From the IMG/VR virus record IMGVR_UViG_3300049855_000348, positions 1 through 64,000 of that record: DNA of 64,000 nucleotides. One strand, 5' to 3'. Within the stretch, counting starts at the first letter, position 1, and each line of letters opens with the position of its first letter. The notes beneath the pieces were generated by a model that was given only the letters and a program-made list of their open reading frames with translations, did no database searches and had not been told where the DNA came from. A program made the position numbers and the translations under genes. Positions 35,473 to 43,592 of the stretch are shown here, one piece after another.

Positions 35473-35753
35473 GTTGGCCTCGGTTTGAACTGGCCGATGT
35501 CGTCGGCGAACTTGGCCCAGCGCAGGAGAGCTTTGGTGGCATCCTCCATGTTCCAGATCAGATCTCGGCCATTCTCTTTTCGAGTGGCTTCGCTGATGGC
35601 TGTGTAAAGCGGAAGGTTGCCTCTGATCAGATCCTCAGCGAAGAACTTCCGGCTCTCCTCCTCTTGCGAGTGTTTGCAGATGATCTCGACAGCGTCTGGG
35701 ACATTGTCTGGTGAGTCTGGTGGAGTGAGACCGCTGCCGACCTGGATGCTCAC
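35469..35753 (-). CDS. Hypothetical protein
   Basis: Overlap chain. Confidence 0.55.
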   Translation of the reverse strand: MSIQVGSGLTPPDSPDNVPDAVEIICKHSQEEESRKFFAEDLIRGNLPLYTAISEATRKENGRDLIWNMEDATKALLRWAKFADDIGQFKPRPT

Positions 35754-36337
35754 AGGCGACTCGCTGTGTTCCCGATTTGTTCGAGCTTGTCGAGGCGAGT
35801 ACCGAGTTGATATTTGGCATGCTCGGTGATGAGTTGGCCGAGGATTCTACCCTTCAACTGGTAGTCTGACAGGTTGTAGGCGATGGTGTTGAAATGCTGA
35901 TCTCCGCGCACACTATTGACGATGTCTCGGATGATCTCGCAGATGTTCTTGAGGGCGTTTTTCGCATCGTACTCACCACTGAAACCGGGCAAACTCTGAT
36001 CGTTGTCTTTGAGTAGCTGTTGTTCGATCTCGTTTAGCCTAACACTGAGAGATTCGACGAGCTTGGTAAAGTCGTTTTGATTGACGCTGTGAATAGCATT
36101 CAAAACCTTATTACCCTCATCGATGAGTTTTTTCAGGTCAGCAGCTTTGGCTTCGATATCGACGTAAACCTTCTTCGCCGCGACATCGATGATCGTCTCA
36201 ATCTCTTTCTTTGTGCTCTCTGAGATCTTGAGGCTTACTACCTTGATGGCCTCATCGATCGCACGCTGACGCATCTCTGGCGATGGCCAGAGAAAGGCTT
36301 CGTCCATCTGAACTGGCTCAGGAGCATCAACCATCAC
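35750..36337 (-). CDS. Coiled-coil hypothetical protein
   Basis: Overlap chain. Confidence 0.6.
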   Translation of the reverse strand: MMVDAPEPVQMDEAFLWPSPEMRQRAIDEAIKVVSLKISESTKKEIETIIDVAAKKVYVDIEAKAADLKKLIDEGNKVLNAIHSVNQNDFTKLVESLSVRLNEIEQQLLKDNDQSLPGFSGEYDAKNALKNICEIIRDIVNSVRGDQHFNTIAYNLSDYQLKGRILGQLITEHAKYQLGTRLDKLEQIGNTASRL

Positions 36338-36732
36338 TTCGACTCGACGCGGGCACCACTCAGGGCGAGTGTACGGGCTAGGACGACCGCATCAGCCTCG
36401 GAGGAGCAGGGGATCCAGACGCCGAATTGCAGCGGTGGATTCATCGGAGGAACAGCCAGTTCCTTCTCGACCGGTTTGACACGGAAGCGGTTGATGATTT
36501 CAGTCAACTCTTGGAAGAGGACCTTGGAACGATCCTGGATCTCGACGCAGACCAGAACGGTACCTTTTTTGACATCTTCGCCGATAGGATACCGGGAGAC
36601 TCGGTGGTACTTTTTCTTCTTCAGACCGGAGTTGATCTTGTCGGTTCTCTTGTTGAAAGCGACGATTACTTTCGAGAACTCATTGAACCGATCGTGCTTG
36701 ATGGTGGCTTTGAGATCGTGTCCGCTGCTCAT
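36334..36732 (-). CDS. Hypothetical early protein
   Basis: Leaderless start after the promoter. Confidence 0.7.
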   Translation of the reverse strand: MSSGHDLKATIKHDRFNEFSKVIVAFNKRTDKINSGLKKKKYHRVSRYPIGEDVKKGTVLVCVEIQDRSKVLFQELTEIINRFRVKPVEKELAVPPMNPPLQFGVWIPCSSEADAVVLARTLALSGARVESK

Positions 36733-36738
36733 GCCGGA

Positions 36739-36766
36739 AGTATAGCGACCTTTTGGTAGCTGTCAA
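36739..36766 (-). promoter_or_regulatory. Class I promoter
   Basis: TTGACA-N16-TATACT, ATG 6 nt downstream. Confidence 0.85.
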
Positions 36767-37077
36767 CCGTGATCCATGTCTGGTCTGCTGTTGACGAGAC
36801 GGATCTCGACGAACTCGGTGATCTCAACCTCCAACTTCAGGAAGTCCTCACTGTGGATGCTCCTGGACCCACCAGATGGCACCAGGATCCTGCCGGCGAC
36901 AGCCTCGTAGAGGATCTGTTCGAGAACCTGCACCGAGAGCCGTTTGTCCTTGATGGTGAATGACCAGCACCGTGGAGTGGAGACCAAGGAGGTCATGCCG
37001 GCGTTCTCACCCGACCTGATCATCCAGAGCACACCATCGCCATCCTGGTGAACATCGATCAGGTCGAGGAGCTTCAT
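36763..37077 (-). CDS. Hypothetical protein
   Basis: 104 aa. Confidence 0.6.
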   Translation of the reverse strand: MKLLDLIDVHQDGDGVLWMIRSGENAGMTSLVSTPRCWSFTIKDKRLSVQVLEQILYEAVAGRILVPSGGSRSIHSEDFLKLEVEITEFVEIRLVNSRPDMDHG

Positions 37078-37084
37078 GGCTTAG

Positions 37085-37411
37085 TTAGGCTTCGCCGTTG
37101 TTGGTGTCTTTCCATTTATTCCAATCCAATCCCATCATCACCTTTGTGGGATCGGTGTCTCTACCAGTGTGATAGGTATCACCTTCATCTTCTTCCATCG
37201 GTTGTGAGAGTAGACGATTGATGCCGTTGAATTTATCCCATAGAAATTCGTTTTGTTTACGAAGATCGGCTATGTCTGAATTTTTATATTCAGATTCTCT
37301 TTCAAGCTCTATGATACGTTGGCGTAGCCGTTCATTCTCCTCAATCAGCTTCTGAAGCTCTGGAGGAATCACGCCATCACCATCAAACACCTGCACTTCA
37401 GACAAGCCCAT
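37085..37411 (-). CDS. Hypothetical coiled-coil protein
   Basis: 108 aa. Confidence 0.55.
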   Translation of the reverse strand: MGLSEVQVFDGDGVIPPELQKLIEENERLRQRIIELERESEYKNSDIADLRKQNEFLWDKFNGINRLLSQPMEEDEGDTYHTGRDTDPTKVMMGLDWNKWKDTNNGEA

Positions 37412-38261
37412 CGGTCACCATGTCCTCTCTGTCGACATCTTCTCCGAGGTACTTCTTCTCGAAACGTTTTTCAGCGATCTCACAGTTTCTGATGAAGCAC
37501 TCCTGCTGTTTGGTGGTCCACTTTGCGGTGGTCACCTTGTAGGGCTGCTGGCCTTTGTTCGTCATCTGCGTCCGGTCACGAGTGTTACGAAGGCAGATGT
37601 AGAAGGCTTCCGAATCGTACTGTGACTGAACGATCCACATCACGGTCGTGTCTTTGAAAATGATGCGACGAGAGCCGACTACCACTATCAATGATTTCAG
37701 CTTGAATGGGTCGATGATGCCGATGAAGTTTTCTCTTGTCTCGTCGGTGATCTTCTTCACCTCAAGGACGATCGTATGTTGCGATCGAAAGAGATTGGCT
37801 TCGAGAGAACCGCATACGATGGTGTGTGAAGTCTGGTTCATCGCATTCTCGTACAGACAGCGATGCTTCTGACGAAGGGCGTCTATGTCGATCCGCAATC
37901 CAATGTTGGCCAGGAAAGCGCAGAGGTAGCCGTTGATGCGAACGAAGACATCTTCGTGTTTCTTATCTTCCCCTGTGAACTGGTAGAGACGCAGAGCCAG
38001 CACGTGCTCATCGAGCAGCAACTGTTGGAGCGACAACTGGTCACGGTCCTTCTCCGTGATGTTGTGATAGTCCATGACCTGACCTTTGCCGGAGATCAGG
38101 AAGCAGTAGAGCAGTCGACGGCAGGCGACGCCGACCCGGTCAGCGTAGCCGGCACGCTCCAGGATGAAGTTCCGGCAATCGCCTGGGATGTAACCCCAGT
38201 TGATCGGGTTCTCCCACTCAAGGGGGCCGCCAATGCCGTCACCGACCTGGATCGATCTCAC
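37398..38261 (-). CDS. Hypothetical protein
   Basis: 287 aa, GTGA overlap. Confidence 0.6.
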   Translation of the reverse strand: MRSIQVGDGIGGPLEWENPINWGYIPGDCRNFILERAGYADRVGVACRRLLYCFLISGKGQVMDYHNITEKDRDQLSLQQLLLDEHVLALRLYQFTGEDKKHEDVFVRINGYLCAFLANIGLRIDIDALRQKHRCLYENAMNQTSHTIVCGSLEANLFRSQHTIVLEVKKITDETRENFIGIIDPFKLKSLIVVVGSRRIIFKDTTVMWIVQSQYDSEAFYICLRNTRDRTQMTNKGQQPYKVTTAKWTTKQQECFIRNCEIAEKRFEKKYLGEDVDREDMVTDGLV

Positions 38262-39211
38262 TTGGCAGCTTTCGCCAGCTTGAGCTTTTCCTTGGCGTCC
38301 TTCACCGCTTGGCGGGTCTCTTTGACCATGACCTTGGCGCTGGCCAGGGTCGGCAGGAACTGAACCTCGGGGTTGTTGCCGAGCTTGGCCCAGTTCTTCT
38401 GGACGCTTTCCAGGTTGCCATTGGCCAGCACCCCGCCGTTGTACTTGGCGCAGTAGCTCAGGGTGCCGTAGAGGTCATCCCAGCAGCGTTTCCGGCGCTC
38501 CAGAGCCTCGATCTCGGTCTGAAGGGTCTCCAGGTGCGTCTTGCGATCAACCTTCGCCTGAGCGACCGCACGGTCGATCTCTGCCTGCCGGGCGACCACA
38601 TCGAAGCCCTCAGCCGACTCAACCAGGGTGGGCACCTGACGGTAGACGGTCATCTGACCATCGGCAGCGTTCTCGCCGTAGCGGTAGTTGGTCTTGAGGC
38701 TGGTTCTGAGGACCAGCTTCTTGTCGCCCAGGACCACAGTGCAGTAGCCGACCAGTTCCGAGTCCAGGCTGACGTTCAGGGTCACCTCACCATCACCACC
38801 GATCAGATCGGCCTTCTCGCCGACACGGGCGGCGAAGAACGCCTTGTTGTCTTCCCACTGCTGATCAGCCGCCTTCTCGATCGCGGCTTCATCCAAGGTC
38901 CAGCCGGCGATTTCCTTCTGGAGGTTGCGGAAGCGGAGGTCCTGATTCTGGTAGGTGGGGGTGGCCGGAGCGGCTTCCTTGTTCTTGTTGACCCAGGCGT
39001 GGCGGATGCGGCTGGCCGGGAAGCTCTTGTAGTCGTCCATGGAGCGGACGTGGACCGGCAGGCGCTCGCTGGGCACCCAAGCGGCGACCTCCTTCTGGGT
39101 GATCGCCAGCAGGCGCTTGGCCCAGTCCAGCATGTTGGCGCGGATCTTGTCGCGCACGACATCGAAGGCCGGGGTGTTCAGGGCAGCGAGGATGGCGGTG
39201 CTGTTGCTCAT
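38258..39211 (-). CDS. Hypothetical early protein
   Basis: Leaderless ATG 39211, 6 nt after the -10 box. Confidence 0.75.
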   Translation of the reverse strand: MSNSTAILAALNTPAFDVVRDKIRANMLDWAKRLLAITQKEVAAWVPSERLPVHVRSMDDYKSFPASRIRHAWVNKNKEAAPATPTYQNQDLRFRNLQKEIAGWTLDEAAIEKAADQQWEDNKAFFAARVGEKADLIGGDGEVTLNVSLDSELVGYCTVVLGDKKLVLRTSLKTNYRYGENAADGQMTVYRQVPTLVESAEGFDVVARQAEIDRAVAQAKVDRKTHLETLQTEIEALERRKRCWDDLYGTLSYCAKYNGGVLANGNLESVQKNWAKLGNNPEVQFLPTLASAKVMVKETRQAVKDAKEKLKLAKAAK

Positions 39212-39217
39212 GCCCAT

Positions 39218-39245
39218 ATATTAGCGATCTTTTGGTCTAAGTCAA
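39218..39245 (-). promoter_or_regulatory. Class I promoter
   Basis: TTGACT-N16-TAATAT. Confidence 0.88.
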
Positions 39246-39253
39246 CACCTATC

Positions 39254-39841
39254 CTAGAACTTCCATCCAATCCCGAAGCTCACGTCCGACAGGTAGACGG
39301 AAAGCATGCCTAGAAACGGCCCGTTTTCCAACTCGGCCACCACCCCAACGTGGTCGCTGCGGCTGACGATGCTGTTCATGCAGTCAGAAAGCTGATCCCC
39401 ATACCAGTAGCGGTACCGGAGGATGAGGGAGCCACCGAAGGTCGGATCTCGCAAGGCTGGACCACCGAAGATCCAACCACCCTCAGCCCAGGATCTGGAC
39501 TCAAGGTCGAACCAGGGGTGATCGTAGTCAATGCCGATGAAAGGACGAACGGTCGTGTGCTCCTCTTCCCGAAGATTATACCTTTGGCTGCCGAAGGTGT
39601 CGTGAACGCTGTTCTGGATCTGCTTGCCATTGAGATCGCCGGAAAGCAACACACCAGCCCTGATGAATTCGTAGCGAACCGAAGTTGCCAGGATGTCTAC
39701 CCGGGAGTCGCCGTAGATGCGATCGGTGTAGAGTCGTCCGTCGATGGTCAGTTCTGTGGTCGCTTGTCGGAGTGTGAGAACAAGACCACCGGTCATGTAA
39801 TCATCACCACCGTCGTTGAGAAGGAGCAGTAGGAAATCCAT
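39254..39841 (-). CDS. Possible outer-membrane beta-barrel-like protein
   Basis: Alternating beta-strand pattern, terminal aromatic residues (..GIGWKF). Confidence 0.45.
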   Translation of the reverse strand: MDFLLLLLNDGGDDYMTGGLVLTLRQATTELTIDGRLYTDRIYGDSRVDILATSVRYEFIRAGVLLSGDLNGKQIQNSVHDTFGSQRYNLREEEHTTVRPFIGIDYDHPWFDLESRSWAEGGWIFGGPALRDPTFGGSLILRYRYWYGDQLSDCMNSIVSRSDHVGVVAELENGPFLGMLSVYLSDVSFGIGWKF

Positions 39842-39847
39842 CTTTCA

Positions 39848-39875
39848 AATATAGCGACTTTTTTATCTAAGTCAA
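39848..39875 (-). promoter_or_regulatory. Class I promoter
   Basis: TTGACT-N16-TATATT, ATG 6 nt downstream. Confidence 0.82.
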
Positions 39876-39878
39876 GAA

Positions 39879-39967
39879 TGGCGGAAGTGGCACGAATCGA
39901 ACGTGCAAGACCCGTGAAGGTCTGTTGAGGTTCAAGCTCAGTCCCCTCGCCTATAGGGAGCACTTCC
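39879..39967 (-). tRNA. tRNA-Ser(TGA)
   Basis: Long variable arm, G73, CCA. Confidence 0.9.
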
Positions 39968-39972
39968 ATGAA

Positions 39973-40064
39973 TGGCGGATACGGCAGGATTTGAACCTGC
40001 GGGTGACTTGCGCCACCTCCTAGTTTCGAGCTAGGTGCGATAAGCCGGGCTCTGCCACGTATCC
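39973..40064 (-). tRNA. tRNA-Ser(CGA)
   Basis: Long variable arm, G73. Confidence 0.92.
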
Positions 40065-40069
40065 ATGAA

Positions 40070-40162
40070 TGGCGGATTGCTAGGGAGTCGGACCCTCAAC
40101 GTGTTTCCACGTTTCATCGCTTTCCAGGCGAGTACGGTTAGCCACCACCGTCAACACAATCC
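40070..40162 (-). tRNA. tRNA-Ser(GGA)
   Basis: Long variable arm, G73. Confidence 0.88.
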
Positions 40163-40167
40163 ATGAA

Positions 40168-40259
40168 TGGCGGAACGGGTGAGATTTGAACTCACGGGTG
40201 ACTTTCGCCACCTCTTCCTTAGCAAGGAAGTGCAATAGGCCAGACTCTGCCACCGTTCC
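40168..40259 (-). tRNA. tRNA-Ser(GCT)
   Basis: Long variable arm, G73. Confidence 0.93.
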
Positions 40260-40263
40260 ATGA

Positions 40264-40347
40264 TGGTCTCTGAGGTGGGACTCGAACCCACAAAGCTGCG
40301 ATGTTTAGGACCGCAAGGTGTGCCATTCCCTATGAAGCCACTCAGAG
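40264..40347 (-). tRNA. Atypical tRNA-Leu(TAA)-like
   Basis: GCGGT-CCTAAAC-ATCGC (C33), expanded D region, short variable loop. Confidence 0.65.
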
Positions 40348-40351
40348 AAGT

Positions 40352-40429
40352 TGGTGTCCCATGCAGGAGTCGAACCTGCAAAGATCTGCATTTTGAATGC
40401 AGCGCGTCTGCCAATTGCGCCAATGGGAC
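40352..40429 (-). tRNA. tRNA-Leu(CAA), short variable loop
   Basis: Cloverleaf, A73. Confidence 0.9.
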
Positions 40430-40430
40430 G

Positions 40431-40507
40431 TGGTATCCACGAAGAGATTTGAACTCTTACTGTTCGGTGCCTAAGACCGATGCCTCTGCCGGTTGGGCTA
40501 CGTGGAC
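40431..40507 (-). tRNA. tRNA-Leu(TAG), short variable loop
   Basis: Cloverleaf, A73. Confidence 0.9.
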
Positions 40508-40513
40508 GTGAAA

Positions 40514-40599
40514 TGGTGGGATAGGCTGGAGTCGAACCAACAGTGGCGGTGAAGCGTCACGTTTACAGCGTGGTGAGCCTTCCAATGCTCAACTATCCC
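40514..40599 (-). tRNA. tRNA-Tyr(GTA)
   Basis: Long variable arm, loop CTGTAAA. Confidence 0.9.
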
Positions 40600-40609
40600 A
40601 GATGAAAAA

Positions 40610-40688
40610 TGGTACCCGTGACAGGAGTCGAACCTGCAATTTTACTACCACCTCAAGGTAGCGCGTCTGCCAATTTCGCCACACGGGC
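40610..40688 (-). tRNA. tRNA-Leu(GAG), short variable loop
   Basis: Cloverleaf, A73. Confidence 0.9.
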
Positions 40689-40691
40689 ATG

Positions 40692-40769
40692 TGGTACCGG
40701 GGGCGGGAGTCGAACCCGCAAAGAACATGGACCTGAACCATGCGCGTCTGCCTGTTTCGCCACCCCGGC
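40692..40769 (-). tRNA. tRNA-Leu(CAG), short variable loop
   Basis: Cloverleaf, A73. Confidence 0.9.
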
Positions 40770-40800
40770 GTGTATGAAGCGACCACGATCAGAAAGTTGT

Positions 40801-40835
40801 AAAAGAAAGAACCCCGGCTTTTTGGGCCGGGGTTC
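40801..40835 (-). terminator. Attenuator terminator before the Ser/Leu/Tyr tRNA array
   Basis: GAACCCCGGC-CCAAAAA-GCCGGGGTTC-TTTCTTTT. Confidence 0.9.
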
Positions 40836-40860
40836 GAGAGTTCGCTTTGGGCTTTTGTGC

Positions 40861-40941
40861 CTACTCCAGCGTGCTCCGAATCCCGGTCTCCGAATAGGAG
40901 AGGGACAACGACAGCAGACTGAGTGAGAGAGAACGGCGCAT
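40861..40941 (-). CDS. Attenuator leader peptide (26 aa) of the Ser/Leu/Tyr tRNA array
   Basis: MRRSLSLSLLSLSLSYSETGIRSTLE, SD GAGGAG; too short to appear in the ORF track. Confidence 0.88.
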   Translation of the reverse strand: MRRSLSLSLLSLSLSYSETGIRSTLE

Positions 40942-40982
40942 TGCGCTGCTCCTCATAGCGAGACTACTCCAGGTGGCAAGAA

Positions 40983-41564
40983 CTATTTCTTGTGGGTGCC
41001 CTCCACGCCACGAGCGACACGGTCCATGGTGCGCTTGTGCAGCCAGAGGCGAGCAGTGTCGAGATGGTTCAGTGCGACAGCATTGTCACGGCAGGAAAAT
41101 TCTCCCTTCATGAAGCCCTCCAAACGATCGATGAGGATGGCGAGCAGGGCTTCGTGGCTGTTGCCGTTGTAGCCGGCTTCTTTCACTGGGCCGTTCTGGA
41201 AGGTGATGCGCTGGACTTTGAAGGGGGTTTTGACTTTGAACCCAAGGGAACCCATGATTGGGATCTTCGCAAAGTTGAAATCGTCCAGAATAGTGAGGGT
41301 GGTTTCTTCGTTGATGTCGAATTCGGTTCGACTCGGGCCATCCTCTTCGTTGGAATCCAACAGAGCTACAACATCTTCCCATTCTTTGTGTTGTTTCCGA
41401 ATCACCGGATCTTCAGAATCCGGTTCAGGTTCGCCATAGGGGATCAACACGACATAGTCGTGGCAGGCACCACCACTTCCCGGCTTGTCCAACACGAAGA
41501 TGCGCAAAGCCTCGTTGAGGCCGTTGACGCGGTGGGCGGTGAGTTCACGGATATTAGGACGCAT
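40983..41564 (-). CDS. tad1: Tad1-like cyclic-nucleotide sponge (anti-Thoeris) with an acidic insertion
   Basis: GSGGACHDY, ITFQNG, LL.I..DRL..F..G.FS.R.NA.AL.H...A..W...R..DR..R.V.GT match Bacillus phage Tad1 as I recall it. Confidence 0.8.
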   Translation of the reverse strand: MRPNIRELTAHRVNGLNEALRIFVLDKPGSGGACHDYVVLIPYGEPEPDSEDPVIRKQHKEWEDVVALLDSNEEDGPSRTEFDINEETTLTILDDFNFAKIPIMGSLGFKVKTPFKVQRITFQNGPVKEAGYNGNSHEALLAILIDRLEGFMKGEFSCRDNAVALNHLDTARLWLHKRTMDRVARGVEGTHKK

Positions 41565-41755
41565 GGCGTTCTCCAGACACGCCGCAGGCCGGGTGGGAAC
41601 AGAGTGTCCCCGGTGCCGTCGGCCACATATGGGCTTCAGGCGTGATGGATCGACCTGCGATCACTGTCGACCTCTGTCTACCTGCCGGCTAAATACGTCA
41701 AGCCCAGGCTTGACTTGGTCATGATAGCGACTACTATGTCGCCAACGAGGAAACG

Positions 41756-42262
41756 ATGGCCTATCCTAACCGTGAACTCTACCTGCCGATCCTCCTAGAG
41801 GTCGAGGAGGCTGTCACCCGTCGCGGCGAGAACCGTCCACTGATCGTCGAGGCGGCCTACAAGAAGATCATCGCCGAGTGGGGTGCCAACCTCACCGAAG
41901 AGGAGCAGACCTCGCTGGGTGCCTTCCGCCTGATCATGGAGCAGTTCGCCCTGCGGAACCAGATCCAGGCCGAGGCGGCTGCGCAGATCGTCACCAAGTC
42001 GGCGGTACAGCGTTGGGGCGTCGACAACGTCCCGAACTGGGCCAACCTCACTACCATCCAGCAGACCGCTGCCCTCTTCACTCGTCTTAGCTCGAAGGCG
42101 AAAGAGATCGTCTACGAGGACATCATCTCGAAGGACGGCAAGCCACAGCCCGGCAGCACGCTGAAGTGGGATTTCCCCGATGTCGATGAGACACGGGCGA
42201 AGATCGCCAAGGTCTTCCTCGACGACATCATCGCTCAGGGTCAGGGTGCGGAGCAGCAGTGA
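41756..42262 (+). CDS. Hypothetical late protein
   Basis: 168 aa, SD GAGGA. Confidence 0.7.
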   Translation: MAYPNRELYLPILLEVEEAVTRRGENRPLIVEAAYKKIIAEWGANLTEEEQTSLGAFRLIMEQFALRNQIQAEAAAQIVTKSAVQRWGVDNVPNWANLTTIQQTAALFTRLSSKAKEIVYEDIISKDGKPQPGSTLKWDFPDVDETRAKIAKVFLDDIIAQGQGAEQQ

Positions 42263-43059
42263 AGAAGCCGATCAATCAATCCGTTGCCAAGATCATCACT
42301 GAAAACGACTGGGGTTCTTACCTCAAGTTGCCAGTTTCTGAAGATGATCTCCTGAACGAATCGCAGAATGATCGGCTCAAGCGGCTGCAACGCATTCTGA
42401 CCGCACGGCATTTCGGCATCATGAGCCCGCATCGTTCCTTCGCACATCATCAAGACATTCCTCAGAAGGGAATGCGTCCTGAAGGTGATCCTGCGATCTA
42501 TCGTGGTGATCAATCCGCCCTTCGCTTTGTCGGCGCTGACTTTCGTGGCGGCAAACAGGCGATGAAGATGACGCACAACGCCGCTGCATGGAGTCAACTC
42601 CGTCAGACCGTATCGCATCTTGGTTTCAAGCCGCTGCCGGTAACCGGAGCCTTCAAAGAGAAGGGGGGTGAACTGGGGGCGGAGGCTGCGCTGGTGATCC
42701 CAGGGACAGGTCACGGGAAAGTCCAACTTTCTCAAGCCGTCCTGGTCAACCTCGCTCGTCGCTACAACCAGGACAGCTTCATCTACGCCGGTCCCGAAAC
42801 GCAGGGCAAAGTACACCTGTTCGAGGTGTCGGCGCGAGGGAAGAGTGGCCTTCCAACCGCCTATGATCATCACTTCCCAATCGGCTCAGCAGAGACACCA
42901 TCTGATATCCGATCGCTAGTGCAGCGACTCTACAAAGCCGAAGACGATCCTCAGAAGATCCAAGGCTTGGCACAGCCACGTCGTCATGGTGAACAGCCAG
43001 TGAAACGTCCGACGTTTGGCACCCAACTCGGAAAGGGTAAGGGAATAACATTTACATGA
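42259..43059 (+). CDS. Probable internal head protein (DUF3293-like region)
   Basis: FGIMSPHR...G.F.E...E..L.IP...LA.RYNQDS. Confidence 0.6.
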   Translation: MKKPINQSVAKIITENDWGSYLKLPVSEDDLLNESQNDRLKRLQRILTARHFGIMSPHRSFAHHQDIPQKGMRPEGDPAIYRGDQSALRFVGADFRGGKQAMKMTHNAAAWSQLRQTVSHLGFKPLPVTGAFKEKGGELGAEAALVIPGTGHGKVQLSQAVLVNLARRYNQDSFIYAGPETQGKVHLFEVSARGKSGLPTAYDHHFPIGSAETPSDIRSLVQRLYKAEDDPQKIQGLAQPRRHGEQPVKRPTFGTQLGKGKGITFT

Positions 43060-43589
43060 GCGAGATCCAGGTTCTTGACGGCATGCTCGACACCTCCCTG
43101 CACGATGAGCAGGGGAGAAAACATGGTGTTTTCAGACTGGTCGGGGATCCGTATAACTGGAACAAGGGCAACTGGACCTTGTTGGTTGAGTACGTTCGTG
43201 GAGTTCAACAGTTCCCGGTCAAATGGGAGTCTCCATCTGGTCGCATCGAACGCCGATCGAGAAGCTACTGGGTTGATGAGAAGGGTCTCGTTGGTCCTGA
43301 TGGATGGACTCGATACTACAGCACCAATCCAGATGCGATTCTTGAGGAAGGCTTCGCCGGCCCATCAACACCTGCCGAGCACATCTACTACAACAAGGAT
43401 GGCACAGAGGTTCTGTACCATAAGCGTTGGACGGCAAAACAGACACGTAAACGGAAGACCGAACCACCATCGCCGAACAAGTGGCCGAAGGTCTGGCCTG
43501 CCGAGAGTGTCAAGAAGCCCCGTCACCCCCGTTACATCGAGATCTCTGAATCAAACAACGTCACGCCAACCGATGTGATCTATAAGTAA
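43056..43589 (+). CDS. Hypothetical protein
   Basis: ATGA overlap. Confidence 0.6.
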   Translation: MSEIQVLDGMLDTSLHDEQGRKHGVFRLVGDPYNWNKGNWTLLVEYVRGVQQFPVKWESPSGRIERRSRSYWVDEKGLVGPDGWTRYYSTNPDAILEEGFAGPSTPAEHIYYNKDGTEVLYHKRWTAKQTRKRKTEPPSPNKWPKVWPAESVKKPRHPRYIEISESNNVTPTDVIYK

Positions 43590-43592
43590 GTC

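Noticed and set aside
40264-40347. Amber suppressor or tRNA-Pyl reading (CTA)
   Set aside because: The 5-bp stem GCGGT/ATCGC centres the loop on TAA; a CTA register breaks the stem
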